Positions 23,657-32,000 of a stretch of 32,000 nucleotides of DNA are shown here, piece by piece. Both the position numbers and the translations under genes were made by a program. The stretch's first letter is position 1, and each line of letters begins with the position of its first letter. The DNA comes from an uncultured bacterium. GTDB lineage: Bacteria > Oederibacteriota > JAAXVQ01 > JAUVAV01. The stretch lies in contig CAZVUO010000001.1 of assembly GCA_964630235.1 (NCBI GenBank), forward strand, positions 603,201 through 635,200, read 5' to 3'. The notes beneath the pieces were generated by a model. It was not told where the DNA came from. It saw nothing but the letters and a program-made list of their open reading frames with translations, and made no database searches.

Positions 23657-25066
23657 GTGCGCAACCTTGCCATTGTCCTGCTGCTATTGTTCCTTCCCAT
23701 TTCGGCATCCGCGATTTCCGGAAAAGGGACCACGGCAGCCACCTTCCTGAAGATCAGCGTGGGCCCGCGGGCAGTCGCGATGGGAGAGGCGTTCGCCGGT
23801 CTGGCCGACGACGCGACCGCCACCTATTGGAATCCCGCCGGGTTAGCCCAGCTGTCCGCACCCGAAGTGACGGCCATGCATGCTTTCTGGCTGGAGGATA
23901 TCTTTTTTGACCATATCGCCGTGGCCGCGCCCTGGCTTGGCGGCGTCCTGGGAGGTTCTTTGGTCTACCTCAATGCCGGCGAATTGGTGCGCGCGGATGC
24001 CGGCGATACGCCGGACGATCCCAGCCGCGGATCTTTCTCCGCCGCGAACACGGGATTTACCGCGGGATATGGCCTGCGCTTGTCCGACAGCATGCTGTTG
24101 GGAGCGAACGTGCTGCTTTTTTCCGAAAGTATAGACGCCCAGAATAACCTGGGATGGGCGCTGGATGTGGGGTTCCTGTACTTCCTGCCCTGGCCGGGCT
24201 GGAGCCTCGGGGGCGTGGTTCAGCACTTGGGACCGGCGACCAGCCTGCGCGAGGAATATTACCGCCTCCCGATCAATTTCAAGCTCGGAATGGCTTTTCG
24301 GCCGTGGCCAGAGGTCGCCCTGACGCTGGATTACAACCAGCTCCTGGAGCAGCACGGCAGGATCGGATTGGGCGCGGAATATGTCTTTGCCAATACCCTC
24401 GCGCTTCGCGCCGGGTATGCGTATCAGGAAAAGATAGACCCTTCGGAACTCTACGCCAATATCGGCAGCCAGGCCGCCGCTGGCATGACCGCCGGACTGG
24501 GCTTGCTTTTCCAGCCCCTGCGTTTGGATTATGCCTTCGTCCCGTACGGGTTTTTTGGCACCACGCACCGCATCGCGCTCACCTATCAATTTCAAACCGC
24601 CCTGCCGGCCCCCGCCCCGACCGCGGAACCGACATTGGCGCCGACGCCCGCGCCGACCGAGGTGGCGACGCGACCGACGCTGGAGGAAAGAATCCGCGAT
24701 ATCGCCCGGCGCATAGAAGTCGGGCAATTGGTGGACATCCAATTCCAGAGCGGCGCCGCCCTGTTAACCCCGGAATCCCTGCGGACCCTGGACGAAATCG
24801 CGGCCGAAGTGTCGGCATTCCCCTATTTGCGCATCCGCATCGAAGGGCATACGGACTCCCAAGGCGCCGCGCCAAACAATCTCCGTCTGTCCCAGCGCCG
24901 GGTTGAGGCCGTGCGGGCCTATTTGGTGGAGCACCACGGCCTGAAGGCGGAGCAATTCATCCCCGTGGGATATGGGGAGAGCCGTCCCATTGCGGACAAC
25001 GGAACCGCGGCAGGGCGCCAGCGCAACCGCCGCGTTGAATTCAATGTGATCGAGAACCAGCCATAA
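23657..25066 (+). CDS. Outer membrane protein: PorV/UPF0164-like beta-barrel N-domain plus C-terminal OmpA-like peptidoglycan-binding domain
   Basis: Signal peptide ending ISASA. N-terminal motif TAATFLKISVGPRAVAMGEAFAGLADDATATYWNPAGLA. Pro/Thr/Ala linker. OmpA domain (IEGHTDSQGAAPNNLRLSQRRVEAVRAYL, NRRVEF). GTG start 8 nt after GGAG. Confidence 0.85.
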   Translation: MRNLAIVLLLLFLPISASAISGKGTTAATFLKISVGPRAVAMGEAFAGLADDATATYWNPAGLAQLSAPEVTAMHAFWLEDIFFDHIAVAAPWLGGVLGGSLVYLNAGELVRADAGDTPDDPSRGSFSAANTGFTAGYGLRLSDSMLLGANVLLFSESIDAQNNLGWALDVGFLYFLPWPGWSLGGVVQHLGPATSLREEYYRLPINFKLGMAFRPWPEVALTLDYNQLLEQHGRIGLGAEYVFANTLALRAGYAYQEKIDPSELYANIGSQAAAGMTAGLGLLFQPLRLDYAFVPYGFFGTTHRIALTYQFQTALPAPAPTAEPTLAPTPAPTEVATRPTLEERIRDIARRIEVGQLVDIQFQSGAALLTPESLRTLDEIAAEVSAFPYLRIRIEGHTDSQGAAPNNLRLSQRRVEAVRAYLVEHHGLKAEQFIPVGYGESRPIADNGTAAGRQRNRRVEFNVIENQP

Positions 25067-26052
25067 TGCGGAGGAAAAGCGTGAAGGGGATCAAGCACAT
25101 CGGTGTTTTGACTTCTGGCGGGGACGCTCCGGGCATGAACGCCGCGATTCGCGCCGTCGTCCGGGCCGCCGCGGACCGCAAATGGCGCGTCACGGGTGTC
25201 TTGCGGGGATACCGGGGGCTGATCGACGGCGAGACCCAGCCGATGAACTCGCGTAGCGTGGGAGGCATCATCAACCGCGGGGGCACGATCCTGCGAACGG
25301 TCCGCTGCCCGGAATTCAAGCAGGCCGCCTACCGCGCCCGCGCTTATCAGCATATTCGCGCCTGGGGGCTTGGGGGATTGGTGGTCATCGGCGGCAACGG
25401 CAGCGCGGCCGCGGCCAACGAAATAAACCGCGAAACCGGGCTTCCGGTCGCGGTGGTTCCCGCTTCGATTGACAATGACGTGTTCGGCACCGACGACACC
25501 GTGGGATTCGACTCGGCCGTGAACACGGCGGTGTCCGCGATTGACCAAATCCGGGATACCGCCACCTCGCACGAGAGAGTATTCCTCATTGAAGTCATGG
25601 GCCGGCACAACGGCTTTATCGCGGTGGAAGTCGGCCTGGCGTGCGGGGCGGAAGCGGTGCTGGTGCCCGAGATTCCTTTCCGTTTGGATGAGATTAGCCG
25701 GTTGCTCGTCAACGGCAAGAAGCGGGGCAAGCTTTCCTCCATTCTGGTCATGGCGGAAGGGGCGGGGGACTCGCGAAAGATCACCGAACGCATCAGCGCT
25801 CAAACCGGATTGCGCGTCCGCCTCTCCATCTTGGGCTACATCCAGCGCGGCGGCAGTCCCAGCGCCCGCAGCCGTCTCTTGGCCGCGCGCTTAGGCCATG
25901 CGGCGGTCGCCCAGCTCGCCCACGGGCAGCACGCCCATCTGTCCGCGATCCAAGACGGGCGATTGACGGCCGTGCCCTTGAAGGTGGTGGCCAAACGTAC
26001 CAAACATATCGAACGCGCGCTCTACCGCCTGACCAACCAACTGGCCCAGTGA
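25066..26052 (+). CDS. pfkA: ATP-dependent 6-phosphofructokinase
   Basis: IGVLTSGGDAPGMNAAIRAVVR, SIDNDV, MGRHNG and GYIQRGGSPS. The canonical GGDGS loop reads GGNGS here (AAC at 25396-25398). The start overlaps the upstream stop. Confidence 0.9.
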   Translation: MRRKSVKGIKHIGVLTSGGDAPGMNAAIRAVVRAAADRKWRVTGVLRGYRGLIDGETQPMNSRSVGGIINRGGTILRTVRCPEFKQAAYRARAYQHIRAWGLGGLVVIGGNGSAAAANEINRETGLPVAVVPASIDNDVFGTDDTVGFDSAVNTAVSAIDQIRDTATSHERVFLIEVMGRHNGFIAVEVGLACGAEAVLVPEIPFRLDEISRLLVNGKKRGKLSSILVMAEGAGDSRKITERISAQTGLRVRLSILGYIQRGGSPSARSRLLAARLGHAAVAQLAHGQHAHLSAIQDGRLTAVPLKVVAKRTKHIERALYRLTNQLAQ

Positions 26053-26055
26053 CAG

Positions 26056-26904
26056 ATGGCCGCCATTATCTCGGCTTCCCGCCGGACGGATTTGGCGCGG
26101 ATGTTTCCGTCCCTGCTCGCGCAATGGCTGTACCAAGGGTGGGTCGAGGTTAAAAACCCCTTTAACGGACAAAGCCGAAAAGTATCTCTCGAACCCGCCC
26201 ACGTCCACACGCTGGTTCTCTGGTCAAAGGACTATTCGCGGCTGCTGGCGAATGAAGCCCACTTACTTGACAGGCTCCTCGGGTTTCAGCAGCTGTATTT
26301 TAATTTTACGGTTACAGGATTAGGCGGAACCCGGTGGGAACCGGGTATCTTGCCCGCCGAAAAAACCGATTGGCAATGGAAAGAACTTGTGCAGGCCGCA
26401 GGAGACAGCCTGCGTGTCACATGGCGCTTCGATCCGATTGTTTATTGGCGGGAAGGCTCTGAAATGAAAAGCAATTTGAAGCACTTTCCCCAAATAGCTC
26501 ATGCGGCTGAAAAAGCAGGCATAAAAACCGCGGTTATTTCGCTTTGTCATTGGTATGCGAAAGCAAAAAAACGAGCGCTTCGAAGCGGATTATTGCCTGA
26601 AGAGCCGCCTAATTTGGAAATAGAGAGAGATATTTCCTGGCTGCTGGACCAAAGCCGCAGATATAATATTGAAGTGCAAGCCTGTTCTTGTCCAGCGCTC
26701 CATGCCTACGGAATAAAACCCGCCAGATGCATTAATGGCGCGCTGCTCAGTGAGATCCATCCTAACCATGAAAAGGCCGAATTAAAAAAGGATACTGGCC
26801 AGAGGAAAGACTGCGGCTGCACGAAATCCATTGATATTGGCTCATACCAGCTGAATTGCTCGGAAGGATGCGTATATTGTTATGCCAACCCGAAAATCAA
26901 TTAA
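26056..26904 (+). CDS. DUF1848 domain protein
   Basis: 282 aa. IISASRRTDLARMF...NPFN at the N-terminus, WRFDPIV, and a C-terminal Cys cluster CGCTKSIDIGSY..C..GCVYCYAN, as I recall for DUF1848. Confidence 0.7.
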   Translation: MAAIISASRRTDLARMFPSLLAQWLYQGWVEVKNPFNGQSRKVSLEPAHVHTLVLWSKDYSRLLANEAHLLDRLLGFQQLYFNFTVTGLGGTRWEPGILPAEKTDWQWKELVQAAGDSLRVTWRFDPIVYWREGSEMKSNLKHFPQIAHAAEKAGIKTAVISLCHWYAKAKKRALRSGLLPEEPPNLEIERDISWLLDQSRRYNIEVQACSCPALHAYGIKPARCINGALLSEIHPNHEKAELKKDTGQRKDCGCTKSIDIGSYQLNCSEGCVYCYANPKIN

Positions 26905-27922
26905 ATTGAGTAAATCATTCAAACCCCTTATTGCCCTGACCATGGGAGATCCCTCAGGCATAGGACCAGAGATAATTATTAAATGCATTATTGATAAAAC
27001 AATCGCATCAAAGATTCGCCCTTTAATTATAGGAAATTTAGACACGTTCAAAAGGGTGAAACACTTTATTAAAATAAAAAATAAAATCACTATCCAGGAC
27101 AAGGATTCAGCTCAAAAGGCAACTAAACTCACTTTTAGGGATATTGGTTTTATTCAAAGCGATATAGGCAAAGGTATTACACAACCAGGGAGGACAAATA
27201 AAACAGCAGGTAAGATGTCTTTTGAAGCTGTGAAGCTCGGGATTGAGCTTGCCCTGGATAAAAAAGTGGATGCCATGGTCACAGGACCTATCTGCAAAGA
27301 GTCCTGGAGGGACGCTGGGATACATTTCCCTGGACACACTGAGTTGATTGCTAAAATGTCCAAAAATAAAAGATATTCTATGATGTTCATTAGCAGATTA
27401 TTTAGGATAATATTAGTGACCATACATGAACCCATAAGCAAGGTTCCAAGGCTGATAAATATTAATAAAATTATAGATACATGTATAACAGGAAACAGCG
27501 CATTAAAAAAATATTTCAAAATACAAAAACCTAAGTTAGCTTGCGCGGCTTTGAATCCGCATGCAGGGGAGAATGGTATTTTCGGCAAAGAGGAGCAGAA
27601 GGTGATTATTCCCGCAATTAAAAGGCTTAATAAAAAAGGAATTTCTGTTTCCGGACCTTTCTCGCCAGACGTTCTTTTTACAGACCAGATGTTAAAAGAA
27701 TATGATCTCTTTGTCTGCATGTATCATGATCAGGGTCTGATACCATTTAAAATGAAGGCTTTTCATGAAGGGGTCAATGTTACCGCTGGTTTGCAGATAA
27801 TTAGAACCTCTCCTGACCATGGCACCGCGTTTTCCATCGCTGGAAAAGATATCGCGAATCCCCGATCCATGCGTGCTGCAATCTTACTGGCCTGCGACAT
27901 GGTCCTTCATTCAAAACAATGA
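26882..27922 (+). CDS. pdxA: 4-hydroxythreonine-4-phosphate dehydrogenase
   Basis: LTMGDPSGIGPEII, FPGHTEL, NPHAGENG and SPDHGTAFSIAGK..ANP. ATG 26882 overlaps DUF1848 by 23 nt; TTG 26906 is an alternative start. Strikingly AT-rich: 43/120 G+C by hand count at 26941-27060. Confidence 0.9.
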   Translation: MPTRKSIKLSKSFKPLIALTMGDPSGIGPEIIIKCIIDKTIASKIRPLIIGNLDTFKRVKHFIKIKNKITIQDKDSAQKATKLTFRDIGFIQSDIGKGITQPGRTNKTAGKMSFEAVKLGIELALDKKVDAMVTGPICKESWRDAGIHFPGHTELIAKMSKNKRYSMMFISRLFRIILVTIHEPISKVPRLININKIIDTCITGNSALKKYFKIQKPKLACAALNPHAGENGIFGKEEQKVIIPAIKRLNKKGISVSGPFSPDVLFTDQMLKEYDLFVCMYHDQGLIPFKMKAFHEGVNVTAGLQIIRTSPDHGTAFSIAGKDIANPRSMRAAILLACDMVLHSKQ

Positions 27923-28749
27923 AAAAACCAATATATGGGCAGCACTTTTTAAAGCACATCCATTATGCTTTAAAAGCAGTTGAAGAAGCAGGCGTTACAG
28001 CAGAAGACGCGATTATTGAGGTCGGCCCAGGAAAAGGGGTTTTAACCAAATATCTTCTCGCCAAAGCGGGTTTTGTGCAGGCCCTTGAAATAGATCCGAG
28101 ATTCATCAATAAACTGAAGGAGAAATTTGCCGGCTCAGTAAATTTCGAGGTGAGGCATGCGGACGCAAGATATGTGGAATGGGATGAAATAATAGACGGG
28201 CTTAGTTCCAGGGGTTATTCGAGTGTAAAACTGGTAGCTAACCTTCCCTATTATATGGCCACGCAGATGGTTCTCCACGTTCTAGGGGCCAGAAAAACCT
28301 GCAATCTTTTAGTCGTGATGGTCCAGGACGAGGTAGCGAGGCGGATGTGCGCCGGGCCAGGTGGCAAGGAGTATTCGTCCCTTAGCGTCGCGGTGCAGTA
28401 TTATAGTCAACCGTATTATGTCTGCAAGGTTCCGGCCAATGCCTTCGCGCCTCCTCCGCGCATCTCTTCGGCGATTGTTCGTTTGGAGAAACGGGCCACC
28501 CCTGCGGTTGCAGTGGACAGCGCAGACATGTTTTTATATTTGGTAAGGCTCATCTTCACGCATCGGCGCAAAACCCTGCGCAATTGCCTGCAAGGGCTCC
28601 TCCATGCGCCGCCGCAGGACAGGTGGGAGCAAGCGCTGTCAGCGGCGCGCATTGACCCGCAGCGACGGCCGGAAACAGTTTCGCTGGAAGAGTTCGCCGC
28701 CATCTACCAGTGCGTGGGCCGCTGGTCCAGTGAAACGACGCCGGCCTAG
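27919..28749 (+). CDS. rsmA: 16S rRNA (adenine1518/1519-N6)-dimethyltransferase
   Basis: YGQHFL, EVGPGKGVLT, ANLPYYMAT and FAPPPRISSAIV. ATGA overlap with the pdxA stop. pdxA-rsmA linkage is also seen in E. coli. Confidence 0.9.
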   Translation: MKKPIYGQHFLKHIHYALKAVEEAGVTAEDAIIEVGPGKGVLTKYLLAKAGFVQALEIDPRFINKLKEKFAGSVNFEVRHADARYVEWDEIIDGLSSRGYSSVKLVANLPYYMATQMVLHVLGARKTCNLLVVMVQDEVARRMCAGPGGKEYSSLSVAVQYYSQPYYVCKVPANAFAPPPRISSAIVRLEKRATPAVAVDSADMFLYLVRLIFTHRRKTLRNCLQGLLHAPPQDRWEQALSAARIDPQRRPETVSLEEFAAIYQCVGRWSSETTPA

Positions 28750-29046
28750 AAACGGCCGCGCGAAGGGTTGGATAGGCTGTAATTCCGCTCAACCATTGAT
28801 CCCCCCCGCGCGATATTCCTACTGAAGATCCTTCAGGACGCGCAAACCCAGGGATGAACGTGCGAATCGCATCCGGTCGGAGTTTAGTCCGACGCAACCG
28901 ACACTATAACTATTTGTCATAATAATTACACAATGGTAACAGTGGCGTGATCGCTTTGTTATTAAAGCTTTTACGAGAAGCTTAGATTTGATTAAAGTGC
29001 CGCGCCACGGCTCGCGAGGATGGGAAGATTATAATCATAAATATAA

Positions 29047-29175
29047 TTCCGCGGATAGGCAGCATGAATCCCAAGAGAAACCAAAGTGTGGGAGAACCCG
29101 GATCTGCAGCAGCTGTGAAATAGTACCCCGGTTCCAGTGTCTGAACCGGACAGGGTGCGGATAAATACCGGTCTC
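29047..29175 (+). repeat. Diverged subfamily-1-like structured element, copy F, in the pepA leader
   Basis: The 5' part TCCGCGGATAGG..CATGAATCCC resembles TCCGCAGGAGAG..TGAATGCGG. The 3' part GCAGCAGCTGTGAAATAGTACCCCGG resembles GTAGCGAGGGGTGAAGTTGGTACCCCGG at nearly the same spacing (67 vs 69 nt from TGAAT). A 7-bp hairpin CCGGTTC (29128-29134)/GAACCGG (29143-29149) follows. Two TATAAT hexamers (29030-29035, 29042-29047) sit immediately upstream. Confidence 0.55.
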
Positions 29176-29339
29176 ATGCGCCGCGCCGCGCAACCAGGGC
29201 CAGCTTCGGGGTCGTCGGGAATGCCTGGTGCGGGAAAATTTCCAGGTGCGCGCGGTTTACTTTTATTCCTTGCTCTCGTATTTTTCTCGTCGTAAACTGT
29301 GAATTAAAATAGCCGTATTTTTTGAGGGAGGTTGGGACG

Positions 29340-30836
29340 ATGACCAAAATTTACCGCCCGCAGGAGCGGCGGGGGATCAAGAACCTGATCCTGGGTATTA
29401 CCGAGGACCGCAACGTTACGAGTGTCTGGGCTTCCCAAATACCGGAAATCCAGCGCGTGATCAACGTGGGCGATGTGACCGGAAAGGCCAATGAAATAAA
29501 CATTATTTATCCCTCGGCCGGAACGGTGCAGCGGCTGATCTTGTGCGGCTTGGGGAAATCCCGCGAAATTGATTTGGAACAGGTGCGCCGGTCCGCGGGT
29601 CTGGCCATGCAGCGCGCGGCCCGCTTGAAAACCGGGGAAGCGGTCCTGGATGTCGCGAGCTTTTGCGCGAAGCGGCTGGAACCGGCAGAGGCAGCCAAGG
29701 AGCTGGTGATCGCCGGCCGCCTGGCAACCTACCGGTTCGATGAACTGAAGCGGGAAAAAGATGAAGCGCATCCGAGACGGCGGCTGGCCATCGCGCTGTG
29801 CGCGGACAGGACCCCAGGCCTGGAGCGGGCGGTCCGGGAGGGGGATGAAATCGCGGCGTCGGTCAATTATGCGCGGACACTTGCCAACCGGCCAGGAAAT
29901 ATCGTGTATCCGGAAACGCTGGCCCAGGAAGCGCTGCGATTGGCCCGGAGATCCAGGCGGCTTCGGGTTAAAGTCCTGCGCCAGGCGGAGTTGCGGCGGC
30001 AGGGCTTTGGAGCGCTGTTGGCCGTGGGTGCGGGCAGTATCCGTCCGCCGGTGCTGATCGAGATCCGCTATACCGGCGCGGGCGCCAAGCGCGCACCGGT
30101 GGTGGTGGTGGGCAAAGGCATCACATTCGATTCGGGCGGGATTTCCATCAAACCGTCCGCGAAGATGGAAGAGATGCGCTTTGACATGAGTGGCGCGGCC
30201 ACTGTGCTGGGCATTATGAAAACCGCTGATGCGTTAAAACTCCCGGTCAATTTGATCGGCGTCATCCCGGCCGCGGAAAACATGCCCTCCGGGTCCGCCA
30301 CCCGGCCGGGAGATGTGGTGAAAAGTCTGTCCGGCATGACGATCGAGGTTATCAATACCGATGCCGAGGGAAGACTGGTTTTAGCAGATGCTCTGACTTA
30401 TAGCCTCAAGTATAAGCCGTCCTGCATCCTTGATTTTGCAACGTTAACAGGGGCGGTAGTGGTGGCACTGGGAAACGTGGCGACTGGTTTGCTGACGAAT
30501 TGCGAACCCCTGGCTAGGGAAATTATTGAAGCGGGCCAGCATTCCGGGGAGAAAACCTGGCAATTGCCCCTGTGGGATGAATACCGGGATCTAATGAAAA
30601 GCGAAGTGGCGGATATCGGGAATATTTCAAGTAAATCGGGAGCCGGCACGATTCAGGGCGCTGTGTTTCTGGAAAAATTCGTGGACGACACACCCTGGGT
30701 CCATCTTGATATTGCAGGAACCGCCTATGGAGATAAATCCCCATTGGCGCCCAAGGGAGCTACAGGAGTTGGCATAAGACTGGTGGCGGAGTGGATAATC
30801 AAGCACAAATCAAGATTTATTAAGTATCCGGCTTAA
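29340..30836 (+). CDS. pepA: Leucyl aminopeptidase (M17 family)
   Basis: VGKGITFDSGGISIKP, NTDAEGRLVLADAL and DIAGTA motifs. ATG 29340 lies 9 nt after GGAGG. Confidence 0.9.
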   Translation: MTKIYRPQERRGIKNLILGITEDRNVTSVWASQIPEIQRVINVGDVTGKANEINIIYPSAGTVQRLILCGLGKSREIDLEQVRRSAGLAMQRAARLKTGEAVLDVASFCAKRLEPAEAAKELVIAGRLATYRFDELKREKDEAHPRRRLAIALCADRTPGLERAVREGDEIAASVNYARTLANRPGNIVYPETLAQEALRLARRSRRLRVKVLRQAELRRQGFGALLAVGAGSIRPPVLIEIRYTGAGAKRAPVVVVGKGITFDSGGISIKPSAKMEEMRFDMSGAATVLGIMKTADALKLPVNLIGVIPAAENMPSGSATRPGDVVKSLSGMTIEVINTDAEGRLVLADALTYSLKYKPSCILDFATLTGAVVVALGNVATGLLTNCEPLAREIIEAGQHSGEKTWQLPLWDEYRDLMKSEVADIGNISSKSGAGTIQGAVFLEKFVDDTPWVHLDIAGTAYGDKSPLAPKGATGVGIRLVAEWIIKHKSRFIKYPA

Positions 30837-30875
30837 TCATATAATACTGATTATGCGGGGAGGGGAGAATCATTC

Positions 30876-31424
30876 ATGATCTTGCCGGATCATATGATCA
30901 GAAAATTGGCGCGGGAGAAGGGCATGATCGAACCGTGCGCAGAGCCGACTTCCGGAGGAGTGGTTTCCTTTGGCATTTCTTCGTTCGGGTACGATATGCG
31001 CGTCAGCGATCAATTCAAGATCCACCGCGTGCGGGCCGGGCAGGCGGTGGACCCCAAGCAGGCCCGCCCCGAGGATTTCGAATCGTTCCAGGGGGCAGTG
31101 CTGGAATTGCCTCCCCACACCTATGGGCTGGGACATTCAGTGGAATATTTCCGCATACCCAGGGATGTGATCGCGCTTTGCACGGGCAAGTCAACCTACG
31201 CGCGGTGCGGGGTGCTGGTGAACATTACGCCGCTCGAGCCGGAATGGGAAGGGCACGTGACCATGCAGATTTTCAACACCACCGCGGCGCCCGTGAAAAT
31301 TTACGCGCAGGAGGGGATCGCGCAGGTGGTCTTCCTGCAGAGCGCGCTGCTGCCGGATGTTTCCTATGCGGACAAAGGGGGAAAGTACCAGGGGAGCAAA
31401 GGGATTACCCTGGCGAAGATATAA
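30876..31424 (+). CDS. dcd: dCTP deaminase
   Basis: 182 aa. MILPDHMIRKL..GMIEP, SSFGYDMRVS, GKSTYARCGV.VNITPLEPEWEG and TMQIFNT fit the dCTP deaminase/dUTPase superfamily. Confidence 0.85.
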   Translation: MILPDHMIRKLAREKGMIEPCAEPTSGGVVSFGISSFGYDMRVSDQFKIHRVRAGQAVDPKQARPEDFESFQGAVLELPPHTYGLGHSVEYFRIPRDVIALCTGKSTYARCGVLVNITPLEPEWEGHVTMQIFNTTAAPVKIYAQEGIAQVVFLQSALLPDVSYADKGGKYQGSKGITLAKI

Positions 31425-31451
31425 CGCCCCGCCGTTCCCTCGGAGAAAGCC

Positions 31452-32000
31452 ATGCACGCAGAGTCCGCGTATCCACTCAAGGTTAGGCTGGTGCCGCTCC
31501 ACACGATGCCGATGGCGCCGATTTGGACGCGTCTGGGTTATCGCGCGCAACACGCCGACCGGTCCGAGATCGTGCCGAAGTACCAGCCCGTGATTGACCG
31601 TTTCCTGAGGGAAACGCAAGTGCGCCTGTTCTCGCGAGAGGAACGCTTTACCAGCACAGAGGAAGCGGCGGTGATTGGCGATCACCGTTTCCGCAGCCGG
31701 CTGGTCCAGGACCGCTGCGCCGGCGCCGAGCGGGTTTATCTGCTGGGCGCCGCGGTCAGGCAGGAAGACATTCAGCGTTGGCAGTCTTTACAGGAACAGA
31801 ACCAGCTGGAGGAGGCCGTGGTGCTGGACGCCGTGCTCTCGGAGAAGGTGGATTATGCCCTCGACTTTCTGGAGCAGGAACTCAACCAGGAGCTGCGGCG
31901 CACCAGCCGGGTTTTGGGCCCGCGACTTTCTTGCGGCTATGGCGATTTCGCCCTTGAAAACCAAGGGTATTTTTATCAAGCCCTGGAATTTTCGCGGTAT
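31452..32000 (+). CDS. Methionine synthase activation-domain (Met_synt_B12)-like protein, 3'-truncated by the window end
   Basis: Open frame from ATG 31452 to the window edge (183 codons, no stop; not in the ORF track for that reason). LSCGYGDFALENQ resembles the PGYP/PGYGDW AdoMet-site motif of MetH activation-domain proteins. Recall-based. Confidence 0.45.
   Translation, partial: MHAESAYPLKVRLVPLHTMPMAPIWTRLGYRAQHADRSEIVPKYQPVIDRFLRETQVRLFSREERFTSTEEAAVIGDHRFRSRLVQDRCAGAERVYLLGAAVRQEDIQRWQSLQEQNQLEEAVVLDAVLSEKVDYALDFLEQELNQELRRTSRVLGPRLSCGYGDFALENQGYFYQALEFSRY

Noticed and set aside
23175-23823. ORFs 23175-23621 (+, 148 aa) and 23329-23823 (-, 164 aa) in the AT-rich gap.
   Set aside because: The + ORF reads straight through repeat copy E and has no ribosome-binding site or recognisable domain. 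The - ORF is antisense to the promoter and 5' end of the OmpA-family gene. Neither looks like a protein.
28992-29177. 61-aa minus-strand ORF in the rsmA-pepA spacer.
   Set aside because: It is antisense to repeat copy F, has no RBS and no recognisable motif, and the spacer is better explained by the structured element.

Overview
High-GC bacterial chromosomal segment. Hand counts give 39/60 G+C at 8641-8700. Every convincing gene is on the + strand, and many starts and stops overlap or abut. In order: a LOG-family protein; a polyprenyl diphosphate synthase; an 11-gene complex I operon (nuoABCDHIJKLMN, no nuoEFG) with an extra small lipoprotein gene between nuoK and nuoL; a HAMP-PP2C (RsbU-like) phosphatase plus a STAS antagonist; a YVTN beta-propeller lipoprotein; ComEC/Rec2; DUF192; a TPR lipoprotein; an 828-aa protein with a divergent class III nucleotidyl-cyclase domain at its C-terminus; a ~1.2 kb AT-rich gap with no credible ORF; a PorV-like/OmpA outer membrane protein; pfkA; DUF1848; pdxA; rsmA; pepA; dcd; and a 3'-truncated methionine-synthase-activation-domain-like ORF. 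I saw no rRNA, tRNA, CRISPR array, transposase or integrase. The long minus-strand ORFs are GC-driven antisense artefacts. Three things stand out. (1) A family of ~100-145 nt structured elements that I cannot assign to a known class lies in intergenic and intercistronic spacers, always on the + strand. There are at least five clear copies plus degenerate ones. They have compensatory stem changes, an anti-SD/SD hairpin and a 13-codon mini-ORF, and they cluster around the quinone and complex I genes. (2) GC content changes sharply at points that fall inside intact conserved ORFs (cyclase gene, DUF1848, rsmA), and pdxA is about 36% GC. (3) The cyclase-like protein has non-canonical residues at the substrate-specifying positions. 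All functional calls rest on motif recognition from memory; no searches were run.
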